A stretch of 64,000 nucleotides of DNA from Camelus dromedarius (lineage: Eukaryota): contig NC_087437.1 of assembly GCF_036321535.1 (NCBI RefSeq), forward strand, positions 63,118,001-63,182,000, given 5' to 3'. Numbering within the stretch: position 1 is the first letter of the stretch; each line of letters begins with the position of its first letter. The position numbers and the translations under genes are program-made. Of this stretch, positions 12,456-22,890 are shown one piece after another. The notes under the pieces were generated by a model. It was not told the origin of the DNA and did no database searches. It saw nothing but the letters and a program-made list of their open reading frames with translations.

Positions 12456-13501
12456 CTCGAGACGGTTCCTGAGGCTCGGTTATCTTCAGGATTGAGCAAA
12501 GGAAAGCTCTCCCAGCCATCCAAAATCTACCGGCTCCCTCCATGTTGCACAAAGCCTTTAATTCCACAATAAGAAATCTAGCTAAAAAGAGACATAATGC
12601 CTCATGGTTATGTGTCCATTTCTCTGGTTCTATATAAATGTAGTCTTTTTTTGTGGACAGTTTATGAAACTGAGTCAGTGTATGAACCAGAAGACAGGTG
12701 TAGGGAGCACTCCAGTAGGAAACAGTGGTAAGTAGCTGCAGGGGGCTGGAGGGACATGCAGGGGAGCATCTTTGGAGAGGTAATGAAAAAAATTAGCTGG
12801 CAGATGGATGGAACAGTCCCAGAAAAACTGTATAGCAAGAACAAAAGATAAGACAACTCCTGATAAATTTCTTCCTATGAACAATATTGCAGGGGCATGG
12901 GGTCAGAACAGAGGATAAGCCGGACACTGTCAGGTACCTGCTGGAGGGCTGGGGGCTGGAAATGGCATTTAGAGTGGACTGCCGTCACATGCTGGTCTTG
13001 CTAGATGCTCAGGCTTGGGGGAGAGAGGGAGCCCGGCAGAGAACAGTCAGGAGAGGTATCACCCATAGCTGGAAGAGCGCCACAGCTGGGAGGGCCAGGG
13101 GGTGGAGACTAAGTCGAGATATGGTTTGAGAGAGTCTGGAATCCAGGAGACAAGACTGAGTGAAAGAAAGCTGGGAGCGAATGAGGGGACAGAAGAAGAA
13201 GTCACCCTGGGTGTCTGTTCACAACCAGCCCCCGAGGCTTGCTTTTCAAGGCCAGAGGCAAGGGCTGGGTAAGCAAGAGGGCCGGTCTTGATTAAAGTAC
13301 CTGAAGAAGGTGGGACCCTTCCCCCAGCATCATGGATGTTCAGGAAACCAAATGAAAAATAACAACAGAATATAAGTCAAAAGCTTAATGTGTTACAAGT
13401 TTGCAGGATACTGTTTTCTTCAAAGATACTAGGATGATATAAGGCAAATCTAATCAGCAATATCAGTATGGATGTATGCGAAGATTAAACAAGAGTTTAT
13501 A

Positions 13502-13807
13502 TCCAGAATAGACTAATGGACGTAGAAAACAAATTATGGTTACCAAAGGGGTTGAGGGGAGGAATAAATTAGGAGTATGGGATTAACAGACACACATTGA
13601 TATATATAAAATAGATTAACAGCAAGGACCTACTGTATAGCACAGAGAATTACATTCAATTTCTTTTAATAATTTATAATGGAAAAGAATCTGAAAATAT
13701 ATATATATATGTGTATGTGTAACTGAATGGCTTTGTTGAACACCTAAAACTAACACTGTAAATCAACCATACTTCAATAAAAATAAAATTTAAAAAATAA
13801 ATAAGTG
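13502..13807 (+). mobile_element. Artiodactyl-type L1 3' UTR (L1_Art-like), 5'-truncated
   Basis: aaacaaattatggttaccaaaggg...ataaattaggagtatgggattaacaga...caaggacctactgtatagcacag...cttcaataaaaa; TSD aacaagagtttata (13488-13501) / aacaagggtttata (13808-13821). Confidence 0.85.
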
Positions 13808-13884
13808 AACAAGGGTTTATACTTTAAGTTAAAATAATCCCAAATGTCCAACAATAAAAGGGTAGTTAAATAAATCATGGTATC

Positions 13885-14140
13885 ATAGTAAAATTGCTAG
13901 GTGTGTAGGATCTGAAATCAGAATGCTTAGAGTAAATCCTGGCTTTGCTACTCGACAACCACGTGATCTTATGAAAACTGCTTAAATTTCTTAAGCTTCC
14001 ATTTCCTCACCTGTAAATGGGCATAATTATAGTAACTGCCTCCTGGTATTATTATTTAGCACAATACTGGATATATTCCTATATAACTATATAGCAAGAA
14101 ATCATTCCATAAATGTTAGATAGTAGTTTTGTTGTCATTA
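13885..14140 (+). mobile_element. MIR SINE
   Basis: aaatcctggctttgctact...aagcttccatttcctcacctgtaaatgggcataat. Confidence 0.85.
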
Positions 14141-16504
14141 TCAAGATGCGTTCATATGATAGAATACTATTGAACCATTAAAAACAATTGGTAGAAATAC
14201 GAAATTGAAAGATATTTACAAACAACTTGTTTTAGGTTTTGAGAAGCAGATCACAAAGCATGCATGATTTTAGTTTTTCATACATTTATATAGTTATGTT
14301 TACATGTATATGTTTTATATGTGTATGGATTTAGATGATTAAGAAAATGAGATGAAGATTCAGAAATGAACAGGCAAGGAGAACAGGAAAGTATTTCTGC
14401 CCTCAGAAGTGAAAAAAATAAATGTCAACTTCAATACAGCCAGAAAAAGCTCTACGGGAGTGAGCAGCTGAGGCATTTCTTTGATGTGAGCTTATAGAAA
14501 ATTCCTGGCTGTCACCGCTGCCCCCACCCTCACCCTGCCCTTCTCTCTTGTCTTCAGTCCATGAACTGGGATTGGGACCTCTCTGGTCTCAGAAACAGGC
14601 AACAGCAGCCTGTTTTATTATTATTACTATTATCAGTTTGATCAACAATAACAGCAGCAATACCCCTGTGGGAGGAGCACCTCACCTTTCTCAGAGCACT
14701 TCATGTACAACCTTTAAAACCTTTACTGGACCATTGACCCTGAGCAGGACCCCACCTGCAGCTTGCCTCAGCCTGAGGTGCACAACCTCCCCTGGGCCAG
14801 GAATTAAATGAGGAAATCAAGGATGCCCACTCAGACCACACAGAAAGGGAAAGGACCATGTTCATTGTGCAGGTATCTCTGAGGGACACTTCTGGGAGTT
14901 CTCGGCTAAGACCAGTGGAGTCAGGGAAAACCCTCTACCCCTTTCCCTTGTATTCCTAGTATTCAGAGTGGACAGCTGGGGAGAGAGTTCCAGGCCCTGA
15001 GGACAAAGCTGGCAGTGAAAGGAAGGTCCCCAGTTCCCTTCCTCTGGGCTCTGGGGACATCTGCCTCCTCCCAAGGCAAAAGAGCACATTTGATGAGAAC
15101 CAAAACAACCACAGGAGTGCACTGAGTGCAGGTGAGTTTGATGCAAGTATCTGAAATTAGATTTCTGGCAGGTAGGTAGGACTTTGCAGGCTTCAGCAGG
15201 TGTCCTTTTGTGCAGAAGCATGGACAAAGCACCCCGCGCACGTTGCTAAACTCGGCTCCTCATTGTTATCCAAACAAAGGAGTCAAGCAGTAGATGAGAG
15301 TGGAAGCAAAGAGAGGGGCTCTTGTGGAGCCAATTCCATGCCCAGGAATAAGCACCCAAGGGCAGTGATTCATTGAGGCTCCATATCTTAAGACCTTCTC
15401 CTTTCAGAGCAGGTTGGATAAGATGGGCAGTTCTATAAGGCCTTTGGGGAGGAGAAGGAAAAACTTCTTGCATCCTCCAACCCTGCCTACACAGGGACCT
15501 CAGGAAGAAGTTCTGGAAATGGCAACATACTTTATTCGGGCTTTAAGAAGTTCAAGGCTCACTCCCCAGGAACCCCCTCTCCACCACTGACAAAGCACTT
15601 GGACATGCACCTTCAGTTTGACCCTTACAACAGGGGAGTGGGCAACCTATTGGTTTATAACATCCCAAGGACCATGTCACATAGGAGGTTCTTGAGGAAG
15701 GTGAGGGACTCTGTGTGGGGGAGAATGAGGCCCTGGGAAGTCTGGAAAGCAGCCCCTCACCAGTCTGGCTAAGCTCCAGGAGAGACGGTAATTAATGTGG
15801 GGCGACAGTAAAAGTTCTTTCACAGCTTCCAAGTGTGCGGATAACGGTTTCTCCCTAAGTCTTAACCTTCTCACTAATTCTTCTCCCCACATCTCTTCTA
15901 GCAGTAATAACAAGCCAACTTTGCAAACAGAATCTAAAGGTATTTGGGGTCCACAGCCATTTACAGCAGTTTGCAGAATTTGCAATAACCACATACATAT
16001 TTTCTCATGCCACTCACTTCCCCAACCTTCCACCCCTACCCACTACCATCACTACCTTCTTCTCTTCCAGACATGCAGGTTTTACCAGCTCAGGGTCCTC
16101 AAACATGTATCTTGAGAAAATATACTTCCCCCAGTATATAACTCTTTTCCCATGAAGCTACAGATGATAAGGGCCCACCCACAAAGGGAAGAGGGCCGGG
16201 CTGAAATCTGAGAAGCAACACTAACCCACAGGCTCTGTGGTACCCCGTGTACAAGGGGCCCTGGGGGAAGGCTCAGTGTCCCCTGGGTTCAGCTGTACCA
16301 GGAGACACATCTCCTAACTCAACTCATTAACCTCCCCCCTTTCTTATAGAGCAGGCCATTTACGCTTTCAGTAACATGAAGATGCAGTTTTAATCACAGG
16401 TAAAAACCAACAGCATGTGCTTACATGGAGATTATTCACTTCCATGCCCACCTGGAGGAAAGTGTTAATCCTGCTGGGAAGAAATAAGGTTATAACTCTT
16501 GAAT

Positions 16505-16660
16505 AATACCTTTCAACCCAAGAAGTAGGTAGTACTATCATCACCACCAAGAAACTGGAGCCCAGGGAGGCTCCTAAATTGCCTATCATCACACAGCTAG
16601 TAGAGATGATGGAGCCAGGACTGGACTGCCTGACTCCATAGTCCCTGATCTGTACCCTCC
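16505..16660 (-). mobile_element. MIR fragment
   Basis: gtaggtagtactatcatc...aagaaactggagcccagggagg...ttgcctatcatcacacagctagta. Confidence 0.7.
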
Positions 16661-17109
16661 ATCCCCCGGAGCTCCTTCCCTCTTCGCCAGCCCTACCTGA
16701 ACCCTGGCCCATGTTGACTCACTGTTCTGATAGCATCAGAGGAAGAGACTTTAGGGGACCAGTCCAGCTCATACTGACCTCTCCTTCCTCTGCTCTTTTA
16801 CTATACTCACAATTTAAAGTAGTCCACCTAGCATCTGGTATTTTTTTTCACACTCCTATTTCTAATTGCCTCATGTGTGACCTCTTGGCTTCGCACCCAC
16901 TCCCTGCTCCTAGATCATCTCTTCTCTCACTTCTCCCACTGTGTCATGGGCACCAGAGGCACTAGTAAACAGTTAGTTTGGGAGAGGCAGATGCAAACCC
17001 TAGTCAGCATCCTCTTTTTGGAGGACAGAATTTCAGATGTCAGAATTCTCCCTAATTCTACCTTTCTGGCTCCTGTCACAAGTTAAAAGTGGTGCTTGTG
17101 AAGAATTCA

Positions 17110-17345
17110 AAAGAAATGGGAAAATGCTTATGATAAAATGTCAAGCTAAAAGAGACAGGATGCAAAAATAGATACACTGTGAGAGCTCAACTATGTGAAA
17201 AACACATTAAAAAAATGGAGAAAATATGTTAAAGAAAAAAGGAAAAATAAAGACTGGAAGGAAATATACCAAAGGTTAAAGAGGGGTTGTCTCTGGCTGG
17301 TGTAACTATTAAAGATTACTATTTTTCCATTTAGTTTTCTGTCTT
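17110..17345 (+). mobile_element. Ancient L1 (L1ME/L1MC-like) 3' UTR fragment
   Basis: atgggaaaatgcttatgataaaatgtcaag...aaagactggaaggaaatataccaaa. Confidence 0.65.
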
Positions 17346-17599
17346 TCTTTTGGAAATGCCAGAAATTGCACTTTAGAGCAACTCCAGAATGAATGTTAAA
17401 CTGGATTCTATTTGTAGAAGAGTCAGTGGGAGTGAGCTTGGGGGTGAAGAGAGGTACATGTTTAGAAAAATTAGAAAAAATATATTAAAAGAATCTTTCA
17501 TTCAGGGTCCAAACACATAAACAAAAATCACTCAAGGAATTAAAAATAGAGCAACTTCCACTTCAAATATTTACAGGCTTTTTAAAAAAAATTTCTCTT

Positions 17600-17855
17600 C
17601 ATACAGTCATAGTCACTAATAGCAATGACAATGGGCACCCTTGTCTCATTCTTGCAGACCCTGGTGAGAATACTTCTATTTTGACCATCACATATATAGC
17701 TGCATGCATTTTTTCGTTCTGCCTTTTAGCAGAGTGAAGTATTTTTCTTGTGTTCATAGCTTACTGAAGTTTAACTTTTTAAAATTATATGTAAACTTAA
17801 ATTTTAGCTGAAACCTTTTATATTAAACCTTCTTGAAATTCTGGAATAAACTCTA
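17600..17855 (-). mobile_element. Ancient L1 ORF2 fragment, antisense
   Basis: aatagcaatgacaatgggcacccttgtctcattcttg matches an antisense L1 ORF2 motif. Confidence 0.6.
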
Positions 17856-17884
17856 TATACCAAAAAAAAAAAAAAAAAAATGGA

Positions 17885-18170
17885 GGGACTTCAATGCAGG
17901 AAATTGGTTACCCAAATGATAGAAGAGCTAAGAAGTCAAACAGGATGGAGGGGATACCCAGATATTACCAGAAGCCAGAGTCATCCATGGAAAGGGGAAT
18001 CAGGAGAGGTGAGCCTCCTTTCCTCTGCCCAGAACATGCAGTGATCAGAGGGGGGCGGAGGGGAGGGATACTCCTGCCTCCTCTTTCTCCCCCCACCATT
18101 CAGTATCCTGCCAGTGCCTTCCACTGACCAAAGTCAGCTACAAGCCAGATCTTACGGAGCCTGAGAAGAG
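17885..18170. mobile_element. ERVL-type LTR fragment (LTR33-like)
   Basis: ggaaattggttacccaaatgatagaagagctaagaagtcaaacagg and cctgccagtgccttccactgacc resemble LTR33-group LTRs; tentative. Confidence 0.45.
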
Positions 18171-18183
18171 CCAAGGTGTCAGG

Positions 18184-18567
18184 TGTTGGACGACTCTCCA
18201 TGTGTCCTGCATTTCTTTGCATTTTATGAGCAGAGAGACCCTGATAACTTTTGCTACCTTTTTCCTCTGAGGCAGAGAGCAGATTTATTTGCTGACCAGT
18301 ATAACAAAGATAATGTCTCCCTCTGGTACAAAGGCTGGGCAGATCTGCTTGCAGCCCCTTTAGAAGACTGGGTCAGGGTTCCCGAGCTGTGTGTGGGCAG
18401 CAGGCATCGGGGTCCCTGTGGGATGTGGGGGTAAGGGGCACCAACATAAATGTGCTGAAGCTCATGCTACCGGTTTGCCACGAGTAATTAAGTCCTTTGT
18501 CTCTGACTCAGACTAACTTGTTAGCTTGCAAACATGTACAGCTCAGGCCCTTCGGAGTTTTTGGACC
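18184..18567 (+). mobile_element. ERVL solo LTR (LTR40-like)
   Basis: Starts tgttgg; contains gataatgtctccctctgg, gctcatgct, gagtaattaagtcctttgtctctgac and ctaacttgttagcttgcaa, all collinear with LTR40. Confidence 0.8.
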
Positions 18568-18924
18568 CTAGGTAATAGAGCACACACCTCTCCCCTCTGA
18601 AACCCCTGCTCCAGCCTCTGCCATCTTTCCTGCCCAAAGTACTTCCTTCTGCCAGACCCTCGATGACAAACCCACTGCCTGTGCCGGCACAAGACAAGAG
18701 AAGCAGGAGGTAAATGTAATTAAGTGACTAATTTGAGCGCTAGACACCAATTTCTGTCAGAATCAGCCATGCTGAAGGGATAATGATACTAACTAAAACA
18801 GCTTTTACTCTGAAGGGAAATCTTTTCAGAACTGTCTTTCTCCCTACCGAGCTTTTCTCCTCCACCACCCCTGACCCATCGGAACTGTTTGCTCACTGTC
18901 CTGAAGGTCCACATCCTCCAGTCC

Positions 18925-19093
18925 CATATCCGTACTGCAGAATGAATTTATCTAGGGATCTAGTAAAAGAGGCAGATTCTTGCTCCACCCCAGACCTACT
19001 GAATCAGAGTCTTTGGGGTGGGGTCCTGGATTCCACATTTGAAACAAGTGCCCAGGTGATTCTTAAGTATCCTAAAATTTGTTTTAAACACTG
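18925..19093. mobile_element. MER5A-like hAT MITE
   Basis: gcagattcttgctccaccccagacctactgaatcagag...aacaagtgcccaggtgattct. Confidence 0.8.
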
Positions 19094-19260
19094 AGGGCTC
19101 AACCCTGACTGCACATGAAAGTATGATGTCAGGGCTCCAGGCCCTAGATTCTCATTCATTTCTCTGGAGTGGGGCCTGGGGACATGGGTTTTGTTGTTGT
19201 CGTCTTTTAATGCTTTCCTAGGAAAATTTCATTTGCAGTCAGGGTTTAAAACCCCCAGGC
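19094..19260. mobile_element. MER5B-like hAT MITE
   Basis: ctcaaccctgactgcacat...agattctcattc...ctggagtggggcctgg...tgcagtcagggtttaaaacc. Confidence 0.65.
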
Positions 19261-20429
19261 TACTTACCCTACTGGGAACAGGAATCAGGTGAAACTGTGT
19301 CTACTGCGGGGTTTTCGCCAGTATTCCTCTGCTCCAACATCCCAACTGCCCTTCAACAAACTCATTTGGTTCTTCTCCCTTCAAATATAAATCTTAAGAA
19401 TTCCTCCCACTTGTAATTCTCTAATAACTCACTTACAACAGAAATCTACCCCCACAATGAAGAGTTAATTGGCCCATTCCCTTTTTTTTTTCACTCTACC
19501 TCGGAGCTCCAATTGATCCATTTATAGTTCATCTATCCATCAATCCCTATGTGCCTCGCTAAAGATATCTTCAGAAACCCCCGGGTTTCTCCTGGCCTGT
19601 TACTCTGCCATTCATGGCCAGGTTTCCATGCTTGCCTCCCTCTGCCCCCGTCCCTCAGCACCCAAATCTTCAGGGCAACAGAAGCTGGAAGAAGATACCC
19701 TTTCATACCAGAGGACTGGGAACATTTGCTAATAAAGTGGAGCCTGAACAGCTACTGAAGATCCCTGCCTCTCCTCTCGCCCACATCCCACGCATGGATG
19801 GGTGACCAGGGTGCCACAGAAGCCTCTATTTAGATACTAAATTCAGCAGGTCTGATGTGGAAGGCCTGTCTCCCTGTCACTATGTTCTTGAGGGTATCGC
19901 TTAATAGGAGGATTACTTGGGTACCTCTAAACATAAGATATTTATTTCCTTAAGGGTAGGAGAGATGAGAGTAATACAGAGCCTCCGTTCCACATGAATT
20001 TGTCCTTAAAGACAGCACAATGCACATGGTCCTGCATGTTCCAGCTGCTGTGCCTCTTAGGAAGACATCCTAACCACCGATATAACAAATCACTAGCCGT
20101 TTCTGCCGGCATCCTTCCCCTCTTCTGCCAAGCCCCCTCCCAGAAGAACAACTATTCCCACACTCTCACCACAGACACCTCTTTCACAACTCCCGCTGAG
20201 GAGGAATCTGGCACTCTCAGGCCTGGAGCATGGATAAGGCAGGGCCAGAGAAACATCTATGTCAAAGGAATGAGTCATTAAAATGGTTGAAATGTGGTCT
20301 GGAGGGAGAGAGAGATTCTCTAAAGGGACAGTGAGAGGGTTTTTATACCTAGGGAAAAAAAACAAGTTTTTTAGCCTCAGCGCCTGCCTAATGAAGACAG
20401 AAGCTGCAGGCAGTTAGAGATCTCAGCAT

Positions 20430-20530
20430 TTCATTCAGTAAATAACTGGGCACCTACTTGCAATAGGCTCTGGCGGGGCACTGTGCAATTCAGTGATGGA
20501 TGAGACGTGTCCTCTCCCTCCAGAGCCTAC
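20430..20530 (-). mobile_element. L2 3' end
   Basis: ttcattcagtaaataactgggcacctacttgcaataggctctgg. Confidence 0.65.
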
Positions 20531-20549
20531 CATAAAAGGTAATCACACA

Positions 20550-21262
20550 TGAAGAAGACTTTTAGAAGATATACGAATGGCCAATAAGACATGAAAAGAT
20601 CCTCAATATCACTGTATCATTAGGGAAACACTAATCAAAACTATAGCACTAATCAAAACACAAATCAATACCTCATACTCATTAGGATGACTACAATAGG
20701 GAAAAAAAAATCCCACAAAAACAGAAAATAACATGCTGGCAAGGTTGCGGAGAAACTGAAACCCTTGTGCACTGGTGGTGAGAATGTAAAATGATGTAGC
20801 TGCCGTGGTAAACAGTATGGCAGCTCCTCAAAAAATTAAAAATAGAATTACCATATGGTCCAGCAATTTCACTCCTTGGTATGTACCCAAAAGAACTGAA
20901 AGCAAGGTCTCAAAGAGCTATTGGTACACGCAGGCTCATAGCAGCCTTATTCACAATAGCTAAAACATGGAAGCAACCCCTGTCCGTCGACAGATGAATA
21001 ACTAAACAAAATGTGGCACATACATGCTAGAATATTATTTTGCCCTAAAAAGAAAAGAAATTCTGACACATGCTACAACACGGATGCATCTTGAGGACAT
21101 TATGCTAAGCAAAATAAGCCAGTCACAAAAGGATAAAAAACAGTGTATGATTTTACTTATATACGATATCTAGAGCAGTCAAACTCAGAGTGAAAGAAAG
21201 TGGAACGGTGGTTTCCAGGGACTAGGGGAGGAGAGAATGGGGAGTTAGTGTTTAATGGGTAC
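20550..21262 (+). mobile_element. L1MB-like LINE, ORF2 C-terminus and 3' UTR, degraded
   Basis: agaagatatacgaatggccaataag...ggagaaactgaaacccttgtgcactggtggtgagaatgtaaaatg...catggaagcaaccc...ggagttagtgtttaatgggtac; frameshifted. Confidence 0.9.
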
Positions 21263-21407
21263 CTTGATGACACCTCGATCACAGCCTCATGAGAGACTGT
21301 GAGGCAGAGGACCCAGTGAGTCATGTCTGGACTCCTGACCACAGAAACTATAAGATGATAATTGTGTGTTGTTTTAAGCCACTATCCAGAAATAGATAAC
21401 TAATACA
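21263..21407 (+). mobile_element. MaLR LTR 3' part (MLT1D/E-like)
   Basis: gacacctcgatcacagcctcatgagagac...cacagaaactataagat...gttgttttaagccac...aactaataca. Confidence 0.8.
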
Positions 21408-22235
21408 CCACCCTCTCTCTAGCCCCCAACATTTGCCACCCTATTGTTTTGAATTCTGACCAATAAATATCTTCTAATAACCACATTTGTGTTTAATTCC
21501 TGTAGGATAATTTTATCTTGTAAATAATTTCCATCAGATTGATTTTTTCCTATTGCAAAAGGATACAGTCACTAGACAGGCACTCCTGGGCTCCTAACAG
21601 CCAGTGCAGAAACATCCAAACTTAGGTTGGTAACAAGATTCTCATCCCTGATCTGCCACGAGGTCACTGTACCCTGTTCCTGAATGTTCCCTCCTGACTT
21701 GGTTTCTCTTCTCTACAGGGTCCTTTCTTCCCCATTAAAGAAAAGATGCTGTTCTCCTATATCTGTCGGAGGAATCACTTTCCACTCTAAACTGTATTTT
21801 CACAGCACGTATGTAAAATCCTGGACTGTCTCCCTTCTTTATTTCCAATTCTTTCCAAACTACCTCAGGGAAAGATTTCTTTCTCCCTGCCTTCTACTTT
21901 TTCCTCCCTGTTCTGTTCCATTTTGAGCCAAAAATCATCCTAATCACAGCCGATGAGAGCAAGATCAGTGCCAGGGATTTACACCTGTATCAGGAAAAAG
22001 GCAGAAACATGCAGTTTGAAAGAAATTAGAGCTAATAACCAAAGCCAGCAACTCTAAAGCCCATGAAAGCACCCCAAAATCAATGTCAGAGCCTCTACAA
22101 AAGCTTCATCCGCCCACCTCTTCTTCGTCTAATTTAACTTAACCTGCTTTTGATCATAAGCAGCTTTCCAGGAAAAAAAAAAATATAGGACTCCCCTTTG
22201 CTGAGGTTTTTGCTATGCTTACTATTAAAGCCATA

Positions 22236-22319
22236 GGGGGAGGATATAGCTTAGTGGTAGAGCACATGCTTAGCATGCGTGAGGTCCTGGGTTCAACCCC
22301 CAGTACCTCCATTATAAAA
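22236..22319 (+). mobile_element. tRNA-Ala(AGC)-derived SINE (camelid vic-1 type)
   Basis: GGGGGAGGATATAGCTTAGTGGTAGAGCACATGCTTAGCATGCGTGAGGTCCTGGGTTCAACCCCCAGTACCTCCA: A-box, B-box (GGTTCAACCC), AGC anticodon loop, GGGGAGG head and short A-rich tail. Confidence 0.85.
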
Positions 22320-22694
22320 CAATGTTATCCTCTGCTTTTTTTTTTTCATTGCAAATGCATGATATGTGGTGAGTTATTTTCGGTTTAACCTGGGAATGTT
22401 TAACCATTACGCATAAATGTCTTTTGTTGTTGCTGCTGTTTTAATAAAAGCACAAGATTGGTCCTTACACCTGACCTATGAATGAATTTTTAGACATAGC
22501 CCACTTGTAAGTTGGGGTCATTGATACATGTATGTAGAGTGTGAACGGTGTTGTTGATTGCAGGAAGTGAGATGAGAGACGGAGGAATGTGTAAATACAG
22601 TCGAGGGGGAGGAGCAGAGCTGAGAGCAAGGAGACCAGGGAGTGAAGTGAGCCACGTGGGGAAGAGAACCAGGGGAGGGAGTGGAAGGTCCGTG

Positions 22695-22890
22695 GCACTT
22701 ACTGAGTAACTAACGTGCTGGAGCTTTCTCCTGCTGCTGCACTCAATCCTCACATCAGTCCTTTGAGGTAGGGCATCTCCTCCTGCCATTTTCAGATGAG
22801 GAGGCTGGTCCTTAGAGAGTTTCTATGACCTGCTGAAGGTCACACAGCTCCTAAGTGGTGGGGCCAAGATTCCAACTTGGGTCTTGGTGA
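22695..22890 (-). mobile_element. MIR SINE
   Basis: ccattttcagatgaggaggctgg...tgacctgctgaaggtcacacagctcctaagtggtggggccaagattc. Confidence 0.85.

Larger units (their letters stand above)
13400..14340 (+). mobile_element. Ancient L1 (L1ME-like) 3' fragment, interrupted by a younger L1 and a MIR
   Basis: aataatcccaaatgtccaacaataaaagggtagttaaataaatcatggtat ... atatgatagaatactattgaaccattaaaaa are collinear degraded ORF2-end motifs. Confidence 0.6.

Noticed and set aside
22239..22311. Functional tRNA-Ala gene
   Set aside because: The extra GGGGAGG-type head, acceptor-stem bulge, CpG-decay substitutions and A-rich tail fit a SINE copy better.
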